DNA from: Candidatus Eiseniibacteriota bacterium
GTDB taxonomy: Bacteria; Eisenbacteria; RBG-16-71-46
DNA: 64,000 nucleotides
Reading direction: 5' to 3'
NCBI GenBank assembly: GCA_963776245.1
Contig: CAVZLN010000008.1
Span: 288,001-352,000 of the forward strand
Shown here: positions 1-10,058 of the stretch, one piece after another
Layout: each line of letters starts with the position of its first letter
How positions within the stretch are numbered: the first letter of the stretch is position 1
Notes under the pieces: model-generated
Database searches by the model: none
Seen by the model: only the letters and a program-made list of their open reading frames with translations
Told to the model about the DNA's origin: nothing
Made by a program: the position numbers and the translations under genes

Positions 1-1294
1 GGACTCGAGGATGTCGCTCACGATGCGGAGCGTGTACGGGAAGTGGGTGTCGGCCGGGATGACCGGCTCGATCGCGCGCTCGGCGAGCGCGCCATGACCG
101 ATCTCACGGCGGCCCGGCCCGCGGATGGGCCGCACCTCGCCGACGCTGAACGGCGGGAAGTTGTAGTGGAGCATGTACGACTTCCACGACTGCCCCTCGA
201 GCTCCTCGACGCGCTGCTCGTCGCTCTTGGTGCCGAGCGTCGCGACCGCCATCGCCTGCGTCTCGCCCGCGCGTGAACAGGCACGACCCATGGGTGCGCG
301 GCAGGACCCCGACCTCGATGGTGATCTTGCGGATGTCGTTCACCCCGCGGCCGTCGGCGCGCACGCCCTCGCTGAGCACCATGTTGCGCAGTTCGTCCCG
401 CTCCATGTCGTGCAGGATCTTGCCGATGTAGGGCTGCTGCTCCGCGAAGCGCGACTGGAGCGCCTCGACCGCCTCGGCGGTGATGCGGTCCACCTCTTCC
501 TGACGGGCTTCCTTGGCCGGGATCCGGATGGCCTGGCGCAGGCGCTCCCGGTAGACCTCGAGCGCCCCCTTGAGCTCGGAGTGGTCGGGCGCCGGCATCA
601 GCGGGCGCTTCGGCCGGCCGCACAGGCGCATCAGCTCGCGCTGGGCCTCGACGATGCGCCGGATGTGGCCCATGGCGAAGTCGAGCGCCGCCAGCATGTC
701 CTGCTCGGAGACCTCGCGCGTGCCGCCCTCGACCATGATGATGTTCTCGGCGGTTCCCGCCACCACGATGTCCATGTCGCTCTCGTCGAGCTGGGTGCAG
801 GTCGGATTGACGACGAGGCCGCTCTCGAGGCGGCCGACGCGCACGCAGCCGATCGGCTCGGGGAACGGGATGTCCGAGATGTTGAGCGCCGCCGAGGCGC
901 CCACCATCGCGAGCACGTCACCGTCGTTCTCCTGGTCCGACGACATCACCGTGGACATGATCTGGGTCTCGTACGGGAACTGCTTCGAGAACAGCGACCG
1001 GATCGGGCGGTCTCCCATGCGCGAACTGAGGACTTCCTTCTCGGTCGGGCGCCCCTCACGCTTGAAGAAGCCGCCGGGGATCTTGCCCGCGGCGTACGTG
1101 CGCTCGCGATAGTCCACGGTGAGCGGGACGAAGTCGCGGCCGAGCGTCGGCGACTTGGCCGCGCTCGCCGCCACCAGCACCACGGTGTCCCCCAGTTGGA
1201 CGACGACGGCCCCGGCCGCCAGCTTCGCCATCTTGCCGGAACTGATCGTCAGCGTCTGGTCACCCAGTGGGATCTCAACCTTGTGTTCTGACAT
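1..1294 (-). CDS. pnp: Polyribonucleotide nucleotidyltransferase (PNPase); 3'-partial at window edge; apparent 1-nt frameshift near 268
   Basis: Motifs [30 protein letters not shown] and R.DGR...PRTHGS.LFTRG. After the shift near 268 it continues [11 protein letters not shown]...[11 protein letters not shown]...[14 protein letters not shown]. Downstream of rpsO; ATG at 1294. Confidence 0.95.
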
Positions 1295-1407
1295 GTATGC
1301 GTTCCTGTCCTCTCGCCTCGGCTCCGGCCCTCGCCGGAACATTTCATCCGCGTGCCCGGAGGAGCGATGCGCCGGGCGGCGTGTGCGGAAGACCGCGCTT
1401 CCGCGGT

Positions 1408-1444
1408 GAGAGCGCCGGGACGCCCAAGGCGTCCCGGCTCCCTC
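1408..1444 (-). terminator. GC-rich stem-loop between rpsO and pnp (terminator or processing hairpin)
   Basis: Perfect 11-bp inverted repeat GCCGGGACGCC-caa-GGCGTCCCGGC at 1414-1438, just after the rpsO stop. No U-tract. Confidence 0.45.
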
Positions 1445-1459
1445 GTGAGTCGGCCTGTG

Positions 1460-1729
1460 CTATCGGCGCAGGCCCAGTTCCTTCACCACCTTGCGGTAGC
1501 GGTCGATCCGGGTCGCCTTGAGGTAATCCAGCAGGCGGCGGCGCTGGCCCACCATGCGCAGCAGGCCGCGGCGCGACGCGTGGTCGCGCTTGTGGATCTT
1601 GAAGTGCTCGGTGAGGTAGTGGATCTTCTCGGTGAGGAGAGCGATCTGCACCTCGGGGGATCCTGAATCACCTTCGTGGGTCTTGAACTTCCCGATGATC
1701 CCCTGCTTCTGCTCCTTGGAGAGCGTCAC
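1460..1729 (-). CDS. rpsO: 30S ribosomal protein S15
   Basis: [13 protein letters not shown]...[28 protein letters not shown] start with AGGAGG RBS; 89 aa. Confidence 0.97.
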   Translation of the reverse strand: MTLSKEQKQGIIGKFKTHEGDSGSPEVQIALLTEKIHYLTEHFKIHKRDHASRRGLLRMVGQRRRLLDYLKATRIDRYRKVVKELGLRR

Positions 1730-1951
1730 GGAGGTCACCTCCTGCATGGATGGTCGACTGCGATGGGCCCCGCACGCCGAGTGCAAGCTCTCGAGCGGCT
1801 GGAGCGTGGGAGACATGGTGCACCGATGTTCAACGGACGGAGGACCATACCATCCTTCGGCCAGCCGCGGAAGCGCGATCCGCGGACCGCTCGCCGGCGC
1901 CATCCGGCCCCCGGTTTCGGGCCGGGCCGCCGGGGCCGGGCGTCGTCCCGC

Positions 1952-2863
1952 TCAAGCGCGGGGGCGTGTGCCGGGCGCCAGCCGTTCGCGCGTCTCGGCC
2001 ACGTCCCGGCCCATCGCGACCACCAGCGCGTCCGCGCTCTCGAACCTGAGCTCCGGGCGCAGCCAGTCGACGAACGCGATCTCGAGGTCCCGGCCGACCA
2101 GCTCGCCGCTCCAGTCGAGCAGGAAGACCTCGAGCGTGTGCAGCTGGCCGCCGAAGGTCGGGCGGACCCCGATGCTCATCGCGCCCTGGCGCCACTCGCT
2201 CTCGCCCTCGATGCGCACCCACACTGCGTAGATGCCATCGCGCGGGACGAGCTTCTCCTCGTGCAGCCGCAGGTTGGCGGTGGGATAGCCGAGCGTGCGC
2301 CCGACCGCCTCGCCCCGGACCACGCGACCCACCAGTCCATAGAGACGTCCGAGCCAGCGCGCGGCGTCCGCCACGCGGCCTTCGGCGAGCGCGGCGCGGA
2401 TGCGGGTGCTGCTCACCACCTCGCCCTCGAGGGCGAGCAACGGCACCGCCTCGACCTCGAAGCCGTGCCCACGGCCGATGGCGCGCAGCCGGTCCACGTT
2501 GCCGGCGCGGCCGCGACCGAGCGCGAAGTTCTCCCCCACCACCAGCACCCGGGGCGCGAGCGGGGCGACCAGGTGGCGGGCGACGAAGATCTCGGGCTCG
2601 AGCGCGGCCATCTCGCGGGTGAACGGCAGCACCTCGAGCGCGGCGAAGCCCATCGCCCGCAGTCGCTCGCGCTTCTCGGGCAGGGGCGTGAGGGGCGGCA
2701 CGGGCTGGAAGGTCTTGGCCAGCACGACGTCGGGGTGCGGCTCGAACGTCACCACGACCGCCGGTGAGGCCGCGGCGCTCGCATGCTCGAGCGCCCGGCC
2801 CAGGATGCTCCGATGCCCCAGGTGGAGCCCGTCGAACACGCCGATGGCGACCACCGCGCTCAC
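1952..2863 (-). CDS. ribF: Bifunctional riboflavin kinase / FAD synthetase
   Basis: IGVFDGLHLGH, VVTFEPHP, VSSTRIR, GRTLGYPTANL, IGVRPTF, LRPELRF motifs; GTG start overlaps the truB stop. Confidence 0.95.
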   Translation of the reverse strand: MSAVVAIGVFDGLHLGHRSILGRALEHASAAASPAVVVTFEPHPDVVLAKTFQPVPPLTPLPEKRERLRAMGFAALEVLPFTREMAALEPEIFVARHLVAPLAPRVLVVGENFALGRGRAGNVDRLRAIGRGHGFEVEAVPLLALEGEVVSSTRIRAALAEGRVADAARWLGRLYGLVGRVVRGEAVGRTLGYPTANLRLHEEKLVPRDGIYAVWVRIEGESEWRQGAMSIGVRPTFGGQLHTLEVFLLDWSGELVGRDLEIAFVDWLRPELRFESADALVVAMGRDVAETRERLAPGTRPRA

Positions 2864-3849
2864 GCGCCGACCGCTCCCGGCATCAGCGGCGGACCCTGAC
2901 GGTGGGCCCACGGGAAGACGGCGTGCGCGCAGACGAGCGCCTGCCCGGGCGCGTGCGGCGCCGGCTCCAGGCCACCCAGCCCGAGGGCCCGCCCATGCCC
3001 GTCGCGGAACACCACCGAGCGCGGGCCCGCGCCCACCGGGGCCCCGGCGGGGTCGACCGCGGGCCGGCGCCCATGGCCGATCTCGGCCGCCGCGACCGGA
3101 TCGAGCGTCAGCCCGGGCAGCACCGCGGCCAGCGCGTCGTCGAGGGCGATGCCTCCCCGCGCCCACAGCGCCCCGGGCTCGAGCGCCGAGAGATCCTGCA
3201 GGGTGACCGCGCGTTCGAGCCCGAACGGCTCGCTGCGCAGGCGGCGCAGGCTCTTGAGCGCCGCTCCGGGACCGAGCCGCGCGCCCAGGTCGTGCGCCAG
3301 CGTGCGCACGTACGTGCCGCCGGAGCAGCGCACGCGGAACGTGGCCTCGGGCAGCTCCACTCCGAGCCACTCCCACGACCACACGCGCACCGGCCGGGCC
3401 GCCCGCTCCACCGTGATGCCCTGGCGCGCGAGACGGTGGAGCCGCTGCCCGCCCACCCGGAGCGCGGAGACCATCGGGGGCACCTGCTCGATATCGCCCA
3501 CGAAGGCGGCCGACGCCGCCCGCACCGCCGCCTCGTCCACCTCGACGGCGCGCTCCACGAGCACCTCGCCCGACAGGTCCTGCGTCGAGGTCACCACGCC
3601 CAGCCGCAGCGTGCCCTCGTACGTCTTCGCGCCGCCCTGCCAGACCGGGATGCAGCGCGTCGCCGCGCCGACCGCGACCAGCAGCAGCCCGCTGGCGCCC
3701 GGATCGAGGGTCCCGAGATGGCCGGCCCCCGGCGCGCCGAGCCGGCGCCGCACCAGCGCGACCATGTCGTGCGAGGTGACGCCGGTGGCCTTGTCGACCA
3801 CCAGCAGCCCGTGGTGCTCCGCGGCCACCGCGCCGCGACCGACACCCAT
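2860..3849 (-). CDS. truB: tRNA pseudouridine(55) synthase
   Basis: GLLVVDK..G.TSHD, GHLGTLDPGASGLL, QVPPMVSA, CSGGTYVRTLAHDLG. Confidence 0.95.
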   Translation of the reverse strand: MGVGRGAVAAEHHGLLVVDKATGVTSHDMVALVRRRLGAPGAGHLGTLDPGASGLLLVAVGAATRCIPVWQGGAKTYEGTLRLGVVTSTQDLSGEVLVERAVEVDEAAVRAASAAFVGDIEQVPPMVSALRVGGQRLHRLARQGITVERAARPVRVWSWEWLGVELPEATFRVRCSGGTYVRTLAHDLGARLGPGAALKSLRRLRSEPFGLERAVTLQDLSALEPGALWARGGIALDDALAAVLPGLTLDPVAAAEIGHGRRPAVDPAGAPVGAGPRSVVFRDGHGRALGLGGLEPAPHAPGQALVCAHAVFPWAHRQGPPLMPGAVGA

Positions 3850-4226
3850 CAGGCCTTCGCTTCCCCGTCGTCGAGGGGCTCGCCGTCGTGCAGCTTGCGC
3901 AGCAGCTCATCCACGCGCGCGCCGCGCTGGATCGAATCGTCGAGCAGGAACCGGATCTCCGGCATCTCGCGCAGCCCCATCCGCGGCGCCAGTTCGTGCC
4001 GCACGAAGCCCGCCGCGCGGGCGAGCGCGCGCAGCGCGCGGTCCCGCTCCTCGCCCTCGGCGAGGATGCTCACGAACACCTTCGCGAACGACAGGTCGTG
4101 CGCGATCTCGACGTCGGTCACGCTCACCATCGCCGCGACCCGCGGGTCGCGCATCTTGTTCTGCAGGATGTCGGCGACCTCGCGCTGCATGAGGTGCGCG
4201 ACGCGTTCGGGACGGATCCTCGTCAT
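3849..4226 (-). CDS. rbfA: Ribosome-binding factor A
   Basis: RPERVA...DPRV..VSVTDVE...DLSFAKVFVS...PEIRFLLDDSI; synteny after infB. Confidence 0.95.
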   Translation of the reverse strand: MTRIRPERVAHLMQREVADILQNKMRDPRVAAMVSVTDVEIAHDLSFAKVFVSILAEGEERDRALRALARAAGFVRHELAPRMGLREMPEIRFLLDDSIQRGARVDELLRKLHDGEPLDDGEAKA

Positions 4227-4504
4227 TCGATCTGCTCCTGCCAGTCGAGCAGTTCCGCGCCCGGCGCGGATTCGACCAGCGAACGGATGGTCTGCAGCAA
4301 TTGCGCCGCCTGTCCGTGGTCCGCGGCGACCACCGCGACGCCGAGCGCGGCGCGCTGCCACAGGTCCTGGTGGTCCACCTCCGCCACCGCGGCGAGCGCG
4401 CGCTGCCGGATGCGATCCTTGAGACTGCGGATGACCGAGCGCTTCTCCTTGAGCGAGGAAGCGCCCCGCACCCTCAACTCGATGCGAGCCGAGCCGACGA
4501 ACAT
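4223..4504 (-). CDS. DUF503 (YlxP-like) protein
   Basis: [36 protein letters not shown]; typical position between infB and rbfA. Confidence 0.9.
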   Translation of the reverse strand: MFVGSARIELRVRGASSLKEKRSVIRSLKDRIRQRALAAVAEVDHQDLWQRAALGVAVVAADHGQAAQLLQTIRSLVESAPGAELLDWQEQIE

Positions 4505-4556
4505 GCCGGGGAGGATACGTGTCCCGGCCCTCGGTTGCGAGCCGGGACCCTGCGGG

Positions 4557-7106
4557 CTACAGCGTCCGCGCGAGCTCCTCGATCAGGAACGTCTCGATGA
4601 GATCGCCCGGCTTGAGGTCGTCGTGCCCCTCGAGCCCGATGCCGCACTCGAAGCCGGTCTGCACCTCGCGGACGTCGTCCTTGAAGCGCTTGAGCGACGC
4701 GATCCGGCCGGTCCACACCACGTCGCCGTCCCGCCGCAGGCGCACCCGCGAGGAGCGGGTGATGGAGCCGGATTGCACCAGGCAGCCGGCGATGGCGCCG
4801 GACTTCGACAGGCGGAACACCTGGCGCACCTCGGCGCTGCCCAGCACCACGTCCTTCAGCTCGGGCTTGAGCAGGCCCTCGAGCGCCTGCTTCACCTCTT
4901 CGACCGCCTTGTAGATCACGTCGTAGAGGCGGATCTCGACCCGCTCGCGGTCGGCGAGCTCGCGCGCCCGGGGATCCGGCCGGTTGTGGAAGCCGACGAT
5001 GATGGCGCCGGAGGCCGAAGCGAGCAGCACGTCCGACTCGGAGATCTGGCCGACGGCCTGGCGGATGATGCGGATCTGGACTTCCTTGTTGCCCAGCTTG
5101 ACCAGCGACTCGGAGAGCGCCTCGACCGAGCCGTCGACGTCGCCCTTGATGATCAGCTTGAGCTCGTTGGTCTCGCCCTGGGTCATGCGCGAGTGGAACT
5201 CGGACAGCGCGAACTTCTTGGTGGCGGCGAACTCGTGCTCGCGATGGAGCGCCGCGCGCTTCTGAGCCAGCTCGCGCGCCTCGCGCTCGTCCGCGAAACA
5301 CACGAACGGGTCGCCCGCGGCGGGGGCGCCGTCCCAGCCGAGCACCTCGACCGGGGTCGAGGGCCCGGTCTCCCGGATGGAGCGCTGGCGTTCGTCGAAC
5401 ATGGCCCGCACCTTGCCCCAGTGCTGGCCGGCCACGTACGTATCGCCGACGCGCAGGGTGCCGGTCTGCACCAGCACGCTCGCCACGATACCGCGGCCCT
5501 GCTCGATGCGGGCCTCGAGCACCACGCCCTTCGCGCGCCGCGTCGGGTCCGCCTTGACGTCGAGCAGCTCGGCCTGCAGCAGGATCATCTCGAGCAGCTT
5601 GTCGACGTTGATGCCCTTCTTGGCCGAGATCTCGACGCACACGACCTTGCCGCCGAAGGCCTCGACCATGACACCGTGGCCCGCGAGCTCCTGCTTGACC
5701 AGGTCGGGTCGCGCGGCGGGCAGGTCGATCTTGTTGATCGCGACCACGATCGGGACGTTGGCGGCCTTGGCGTGGTCGATGGCCTCGATGGTCTGCGGCA
5801 TGACCCGGTCGTCGGCCGCCACCACCAGCACCACGATGTCGGTGACCTGGGCGCCGCGCGCGCGCATCGCGGTGAACGCCTCGTGGCCGGGCGTGTCGAG
5901 GAAGCAGATGCTCTTGCCGCCCGGGAGCTCGACGTCGTAGGCGCCGATGTGCTGGGTGATGCCGCCCGACTCACCGGCGATGACATTGGTCTTGCGGATG
6001 TGGTCGAGGAGCGAGGTCTTGCCGTGGTCGACGTGGCCCATCACCGTGACGACCGGGGCGCGCGGCTTGAGGTTCTCGCCGCTCTCGACCTCGGTCTCGG
6101 CCTGTTCCTCGACGTACTCCGACACGAACTCCAGCTCGAAGCCGAACTCGTCGGCCACGGCCATCATCGAGTCCTTGTCGAGGCGCTTGTTGATGGTGGC
6201 CATCAGGCCCAGGCGCATGCACGTCGCGATGACCTCCTGGGGCTTGACCTCCATCAGGTTCGCGAGTTCGGCCAGGGTGATGAACTCGGCGGCGCGGAGG
6301 GTCTTGGTCTCCTCAGTCGTGACTTCGACGCCGTCCTCATCCCGGCGCCGGTGAGCGCGGCGCTTCTGGCCCTGGTCGAGGCTCGCCAGGGTCTTGCGGA
6401 CGCTCTCGAGCACCAGCTTCTCGTCGACGTTCTTCTTCTTCTTGCGATCGCGGCGCCGGTTCTGCGGCCCGCCCGGCCGGCTGCCCGCGGGCGGCGCGTT
6501 GGGACCGAAGCCGGGACGACCGCCCGACGGCGGCCCGCCGCCGAAGGAGGGACGGCCCGACCCGGGCGGTGGCCCGCCGTACGACGGCCGACCGGCACCG
6601 GACGAGGGACCACCGTAGGACGGACGGCCACCGGAAGCGGGCCCGCCGTAGGATGGACGACTGCCCGGCGACGAGCTGGGGCGGTAGGTCGGGCTCCCCG
6701 TGGCCGGGCGACTGGGCGGCGGCGTGGCGGGCCGCGGCGGCGCGGCCGGCTGCGGCGGCGGGCGGTAGATCACCGCGGAGCCCGCGCTGGAGGGCACCGA
6801 GGGATGGCGCTGGAGGTCGGGGCGCGTGCGCGCATGCTCGGCCGCCGCCTGCTGGCGCTCGCGCTCCTCCTTGGCGCGCTTCTCGTCCTGCTCGTGCTTG
6901 CGCGCCATCTCGTCCTTGACCGCCGTCCGGGACTGCGCGAGCTCGGCCCGCACCTTCTCCACCGATTCGGGGAGCAGGGTGCTCATGTGGTTCTTCACCT
7001 CGGTGCCGAGGCGCCTGACGATCTGAAGGACGGCGTCGCTCGACATGCCGAGATCCTTGGCGACCTCGTACACACGCAGCTTCTTCGGTCCGGACGCTTT
7101 GGTCAC
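4557..7106 (-). CDS. infB: Translation initiation factor IF-2
   Basis: [11 protein letters not shown]-terminus; [54 protein letters not shown]. Confidence 0.98.
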   Translation of the reverse strand: MTKASGPKKLRVYEVAKDLGMSSDAVLQIVRRLGTEVKNHMSTLLPESVEKVRAELAQSRTAVKDEMARKHEQDEKRAKEERERQQAAAEHARTRPDLQRHPSVPSSAGSAVIYRPPPQPAAPPRPATPPPSRPATGSPTYRPSSSPGSRPSYGGPASGGRPSYGGPSSGAGRPSYGGPPPGSGRPSFGGGPPSGGRPGFGPNAPPAGSRPGGPQNRRRDRKKKKNVDEKLVLESVRKTLASLDQGQKRRAHRRRDEDGVEVTTEETKTLRAAEFITLAELANLMEVKPQEVIATCMRLGLMATINKRLDKDSMMAVADEFGFELEFVSEYVEEQAETEVESGENLKPRAPVVTVMGHVDHGKTSLLDHIRKTNVIAGESGGITQHIGAYDVELPGGKSICFLDTPGHEAFTAMRARGAQVTDIVVLVVAADDRVMPQTIEAIDHAKAANVPIVVAINKIDLPAARPDLVKQELAGHGVMVEAFGGKVVCVEISAKKGINVDKLLEMILLQAELLDVKADPTRRAKGVVLEARIEQGRGIVASVLVQTGTLRVGDTYVAGQHWGKVRAMFDERQRSIRETGPSTPVEVLGWDGAPAAGDPFVCFADEREARELAQKRAALHREHEFAATKKFALSEFHSRMTQGETNELKLIIKGDVDGSVEALSESLVKLGNKEVQIRIIRQAVGQISESDVLLASASGAIIVGFHNRPDPRARELADRERVEIRLYDVIYKAVEEVKQALEGLLKPELKDVVLGSAEVRQVFRLSKSGAIAGCLVQSGSITRSSRVRLRRDGDVVWTGRIASLKRFKDDVREVQTGFECGIGLEGHDDLKPGDLIETFLIEELARTL

Positions 7107-8497
7107 GATTCGCTCCCCCCGCTCGGGGCGCCGCGGTCGGCGGCTTCGGCCGGGACCTCGCCCTCGGGCGCATCGGATGCCGCCGGCTCGGGCGCGGCCT
7201 CCATCTCCGGCGTGAATTCCAGCTCGGCCACCGCGCTCTCGGGCACCACCGGCGGGTGCGCGACGAGGTACTCCTGCGCGGTCGCGAGGACCTTCTCAGC
7301 CGTCTTCTCCCCGATGCCGGGGATCTCGATCAGTTTCTCGAGGGGCGTCGCGATGAGCTCCTGCACGGTCTCGATGCCGGCGCCGATGAGCTTCTCGGTG
7401 GTCGCCTCGCCGAGCTGGAGCTGCTCGACCTCGACGCGACTGGCGCGCTCGGCCTCCTGGCGCTTCTTCTCCTCGGTCTTCGAGATGAGGTCGATCTTCC
7501 ATCCGGTGAGCCGCGCCGCGAGGCGGGCGTTCTGGCCGCCCTTGCCGATCGCGAGCGACAGCTGGTCGTCGGCCACCACGACCAGCATGCGCTTGTCGGG
7601 CTCGTTGACCCGCACATCCTGCACGCGGGCCGGCGAGAGCGCGCGGGACACGAACACGCTCGCGTCCGTCGACCACGGCACGATGTCGATGCGCTCGCCC
7701 CCCAGCTCGCGCACGATGCTCTGCACGCGCGAGCCCTTGAGACCCACGCACGAGCCCACCGCGTCGACGCGCGGGTCGGTCGAGAACACCGAGATCTTCG
7801 AGCGCGCGCCGGCCTCCCGGGCCACCGCCTTGATCTCGACGATGCTCTCGGCGATCTCCGGCACCTCGGCCTCGAACAGACGGCGCAGGAAGTCCGGGTG
7901 GGTGCGCGACAGGATGACCTGCGGCCCCTTGGCGGACTTGTCCACCGTGATCACCACCGCGCGGACGTAGTCCCCCTGGCGGTGATAGGACCGCGGGATC
8001 TGTTCGCGGGCGGGCAGGAAGCCCTCGGAGTGGTCGAGCTTGACGATGACGTTGCCGCGGTCCACCTGCTGCACCACGCCGCGCACCAGGATGCCGATCT
8101 TGTCCGCGTACTCCTTGAACACACGGTCCCGCTCGGCCTCGCGCACCCGCTGGATGAGCACCTGCTTCGCGGTCTGGATGGCGTTGCGCCCGAACTCGGC
8201 GATCGACAGCGACGTCTCGATCACACCGTCCACCTGGGCGCCGGGATCGACGCGGCGCGCGTCGGTGAGCGCGATCTGGAACGCGGGGTCCTCGACGGTC
8301 TCCACCACGTGACGCCGCAGCACGCACGTGATGGCCCCGGTCTCGTTCGAGAACTTGACCTCGACGTCGGCGGTCGCGCCGTACTTCTTGCGCACCGCGC
8401 TCGCCAGTCCGGCCTCGAGCGTCTCGATGAGCAGCGAGCGATCCACGCTCTTCTCGCGTGTGATCTGGCTCAGCGCATCCAGGATTTCATTGTTCAT
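7103..8497 (-). CDS. nusA: Transcription termination/antitermination factor NusA
   Basis: FGRNAIQTAKQV, S1 domain, AREAGARSKI, GSCVGLKGSRVQSI, LSLAIGKGGQNARLAARLTGWKIDL, C-terminal HhH. Confidence 0.97.
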   Translation of the reverse strand: MNNEILDALSQITREKSVDRSLLIETLEAGLASAVRKKYGATADVEVKFSNETGAITCVLRRHVVETVEDPAFQIALTDARRVDPGAQVDGVIETSLSIAEFGRNAIQTAKQVLIQRVREAERDRVFKEYADKIGILVRGVVQQVDRGNVIVKLDHSEGFLPAREQIPRSYHRQGDYVRAVVITVDKSAKGPQVILSRTHPDFLRRLFEAEVPEIAESIVEIKAVAREAGARSKISVFSTDPRVDAVGSCVGLKGSRVQSIVRELGGERIDIVPWSTDASVFVSRALSPARVQDVRVNEPDKRMLVVVADDQLSLAIGKGGQNARLAARLTGWKIDLISKTEEKKRQEAERASRVEVEQLQLGEATTEKLIGAGIETVQELIATPLEKLIEIPGIGEKTAEKVLATAQEYLVAHPPVVPESAVAELEFTPEMEAAPEPAASDAPEGEVPAEAADRGAPSGGSES

Positions 8498-8994
8498 CGA
8501 GACCCTCCCCGGGACCGTTTCCCGGCCCACGGATCCACCACCAGCCGGACCGACTTCAGCTCGGCCCAGTCGAACCAGTGCTCGACCCCGCCGCCATCCT
8601 CTTCGTCCAACCGCACGCCCACCCGATCGCCGTCGGGCGCCAGCAGCACGCCGTCGAACTTGCGCCGGCCATCGCGCAGCTCGTGCGCCACCATCGACAC
8701 GCGCCCGCCCGCGAACCGCTCGGCCGCCGCGCGTGTCCGGATCGGGCGCTCCAGCCCGGGTGAACTCACCTCGAGGTTGAAGCTCCCCGCGAGCAGCTGA
8801 TTCATGTCAAGGCAATCGGATAGTCTGCGGCTGAATGACGCACAGTCGCCCACCGTGACCCCGCCGGGCCGGTCGAGGAAGACCCGCAGGATACGGAGAC
8901 GGCCCTGGACCGCAAACTCGACGTCCACCAACTCGAAGCCTGCCTCCTCGGCGAGGGGCTGGGCCAGATGCCGAACCTCTTCTCGGACTTCCAT
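8494..8994 (-). CDS. rimP: Ribosome maturation factor RimP
   Basis: LRVFLDRPGGVTVGDC...LEVSSPGLERP; first gene of the nusA-infB operon. Confidence 0.95.
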   Translation of the reverse strand: MEVREEVRHLAQPLAEEAGFELVDVEFAVQGRLRILRVFLDRPGGVTVGDCASFSRRLSDCLDMNQLLAGSFNLEVSSPGLERPIRTRAAAERFAGGRVSMVAHELRDGRRKFDGVLLAPDGDRVGVRLDEEDGGGVEHWFDWAELKSVRLVVDPWAGKRSRGGSR

Positions 8995-9011
8995 TTCGCT
9001 CCGGGAGGGAC

Positions 9012-9043
9012 AAGAAAAGGAGTGGTCGCACCTACCCCACTCC
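9012..9043 (-). promoter_or_regulatory. rimP-leader attenuator-like hairpin
   Basis: On the minus strand GGAGTGG-N11-CCACTCC followed by TTTTCTTG, about 20 nt upstream of the rimP ATG. A possible sigma70 promoter (TTGCCT-N18-TAGATT, 9052-9081) lies just upstream. Confidence 0.6.
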
Positions 9044-9128
9044 GAGAGCGCAATCTACAGGAAGGGGGACCGGATAGGCAAGTCCCGGTTCGCGCGCGGC
9101 GGCCGGGCCGGTCCGGGCGCGGGAAGGG

Positions 9129-10058
9129 TCAGCGGCCCCGCGCGAGCGGGCTGTCGTACACCAGCCACACGGCGAGCCGCCCCACTTCGGCGAGGCTGGC
9201 GGCGGAGACCCGATCCGGCGCGTCGGCGTGGGTGTGCCAGGCCGGGTAATCGAAGTCGATGATGTCCACGGTGGGTAGCCCGGCTTCGAGCAACGGGATA
9301 TGGTCGTCCGTGAGGGTGTACTTCGGATCGCTTCGGAACCCCTTCGCCCCGGTCGCGCGTGCGCCGGCCAGCACCACGGACACCAGGCTGGCGGCCCGCT
9401 GCGCCGACACCACCTCGGGGTGGATCTGGAGGTCCCGGTCCCCCACCATGTCGAACAGGAATCCGGCCACCGGCCACTCGGGGCGCGGCCGGCCCGCGAG
9501 CGCGGCGGCGTAGTGGGCGGCGCCGAGCGAGAACTCCTCCGGGCGCGTGGCGCGCCCCTGGTCCTCACCATCGAAGAACGCCAGTTCCACCGCCACCGGC
9601 GCCGGCCGCGTGTGGAGCAACTCGGCCACCTCGAGCAGCACCGCCACGCCCGACCCGCCGTCATTGGCGCCGGGGATCGGGGCCTCGCGGCGCGCGGGGT
9701 CGGGGTCCTGGTCGGCGACCGGGCGCGTGTCCCAGTGCGCGCACAGCAGCACCCGCCGGCCGCTCGACGGACCGTAGCGCCCGATCACGTTGGTGAGCGC
9801 CAGCGGGCGGCCGAGCGTGGAGTCCACGAAGGACTGCTGCTCGACCCGCGCCCCGAGGCGCTCCAGTTCGGCCACCAGCCAGGCCCGGGTGGCGTCGTGC
9901 GCCGGGGTGCCGGGAACGCGCGGGCCCTGCGCCACCTGATACGTCACGCGCGCGTGCATGCGGGCGCCATCCACCGCGGGCGGGGTGCGCGAAGCGCAGG
10001 CGGCGGGTGCGATGGCGGCCGCTACGAGGAGGGCGAGGGCTCCGGGCGGGGCACGCAT
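9129..10058 (-). CDS. M28-family metallo-protein, glutaminyl cyclase (type II)-like, exported, possibly a lipoprotein
   Basis: Signal peptide with ...APAAC; QGPRVPGT, AHWDTRPVADQDP, GANDGGSGVAVLLE, FFDGEDQG, DMVGD, DDHIP, YPAWHT..D. ATG overlaps the sprA stop (TGATG). Confidence 0.8.
   Translation of the reverse strand: MRAPPGALALLVAAAIAPAACASRTPPAVDGARMHARVTYQVAQGPRVPGTPAHDATRAWLVAELERLGARVEQQSFVDSTLGRPLALTNVIGRYGPSSGRRVLLCAHWDTRPVADQDPDPARREAPIPGANDGGSGVAVLLEVAELLHTRPAPVAVELAFFDGEDQGRATRPEEFSLGAAHYAAALAGRPRPEWPVAGFLFDMVGDRDLQIHPEVVSAQRAASLVSVVLAGARATGAKGFRSDPKYTLTDDHIPLLEAGLPTVDIIDFDYPAWHTHADAPDRVSAASLAEVGRLAVWLVYDSPLARGR

Noticed and set aside
255..280. Frameshift in pnp as recoding or phase variation
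   Set aside because: A single extra G in CGCGGGCGAG (expected CGC GGC GAG), with no slippery heptamer; the same error pattern occurs elsewhere.
1952..3910. Apparent giant fusions in the ORF track (652-aa RibF, 809-aa SucD, 835-aa M28, 1630-aa barrel protein, 533-aa FabD)
   Set aside because: The N-terminal parts are off-frame translations of the upstream genes. True starts coincide with (A/G)TGA or TGATG overlaps.
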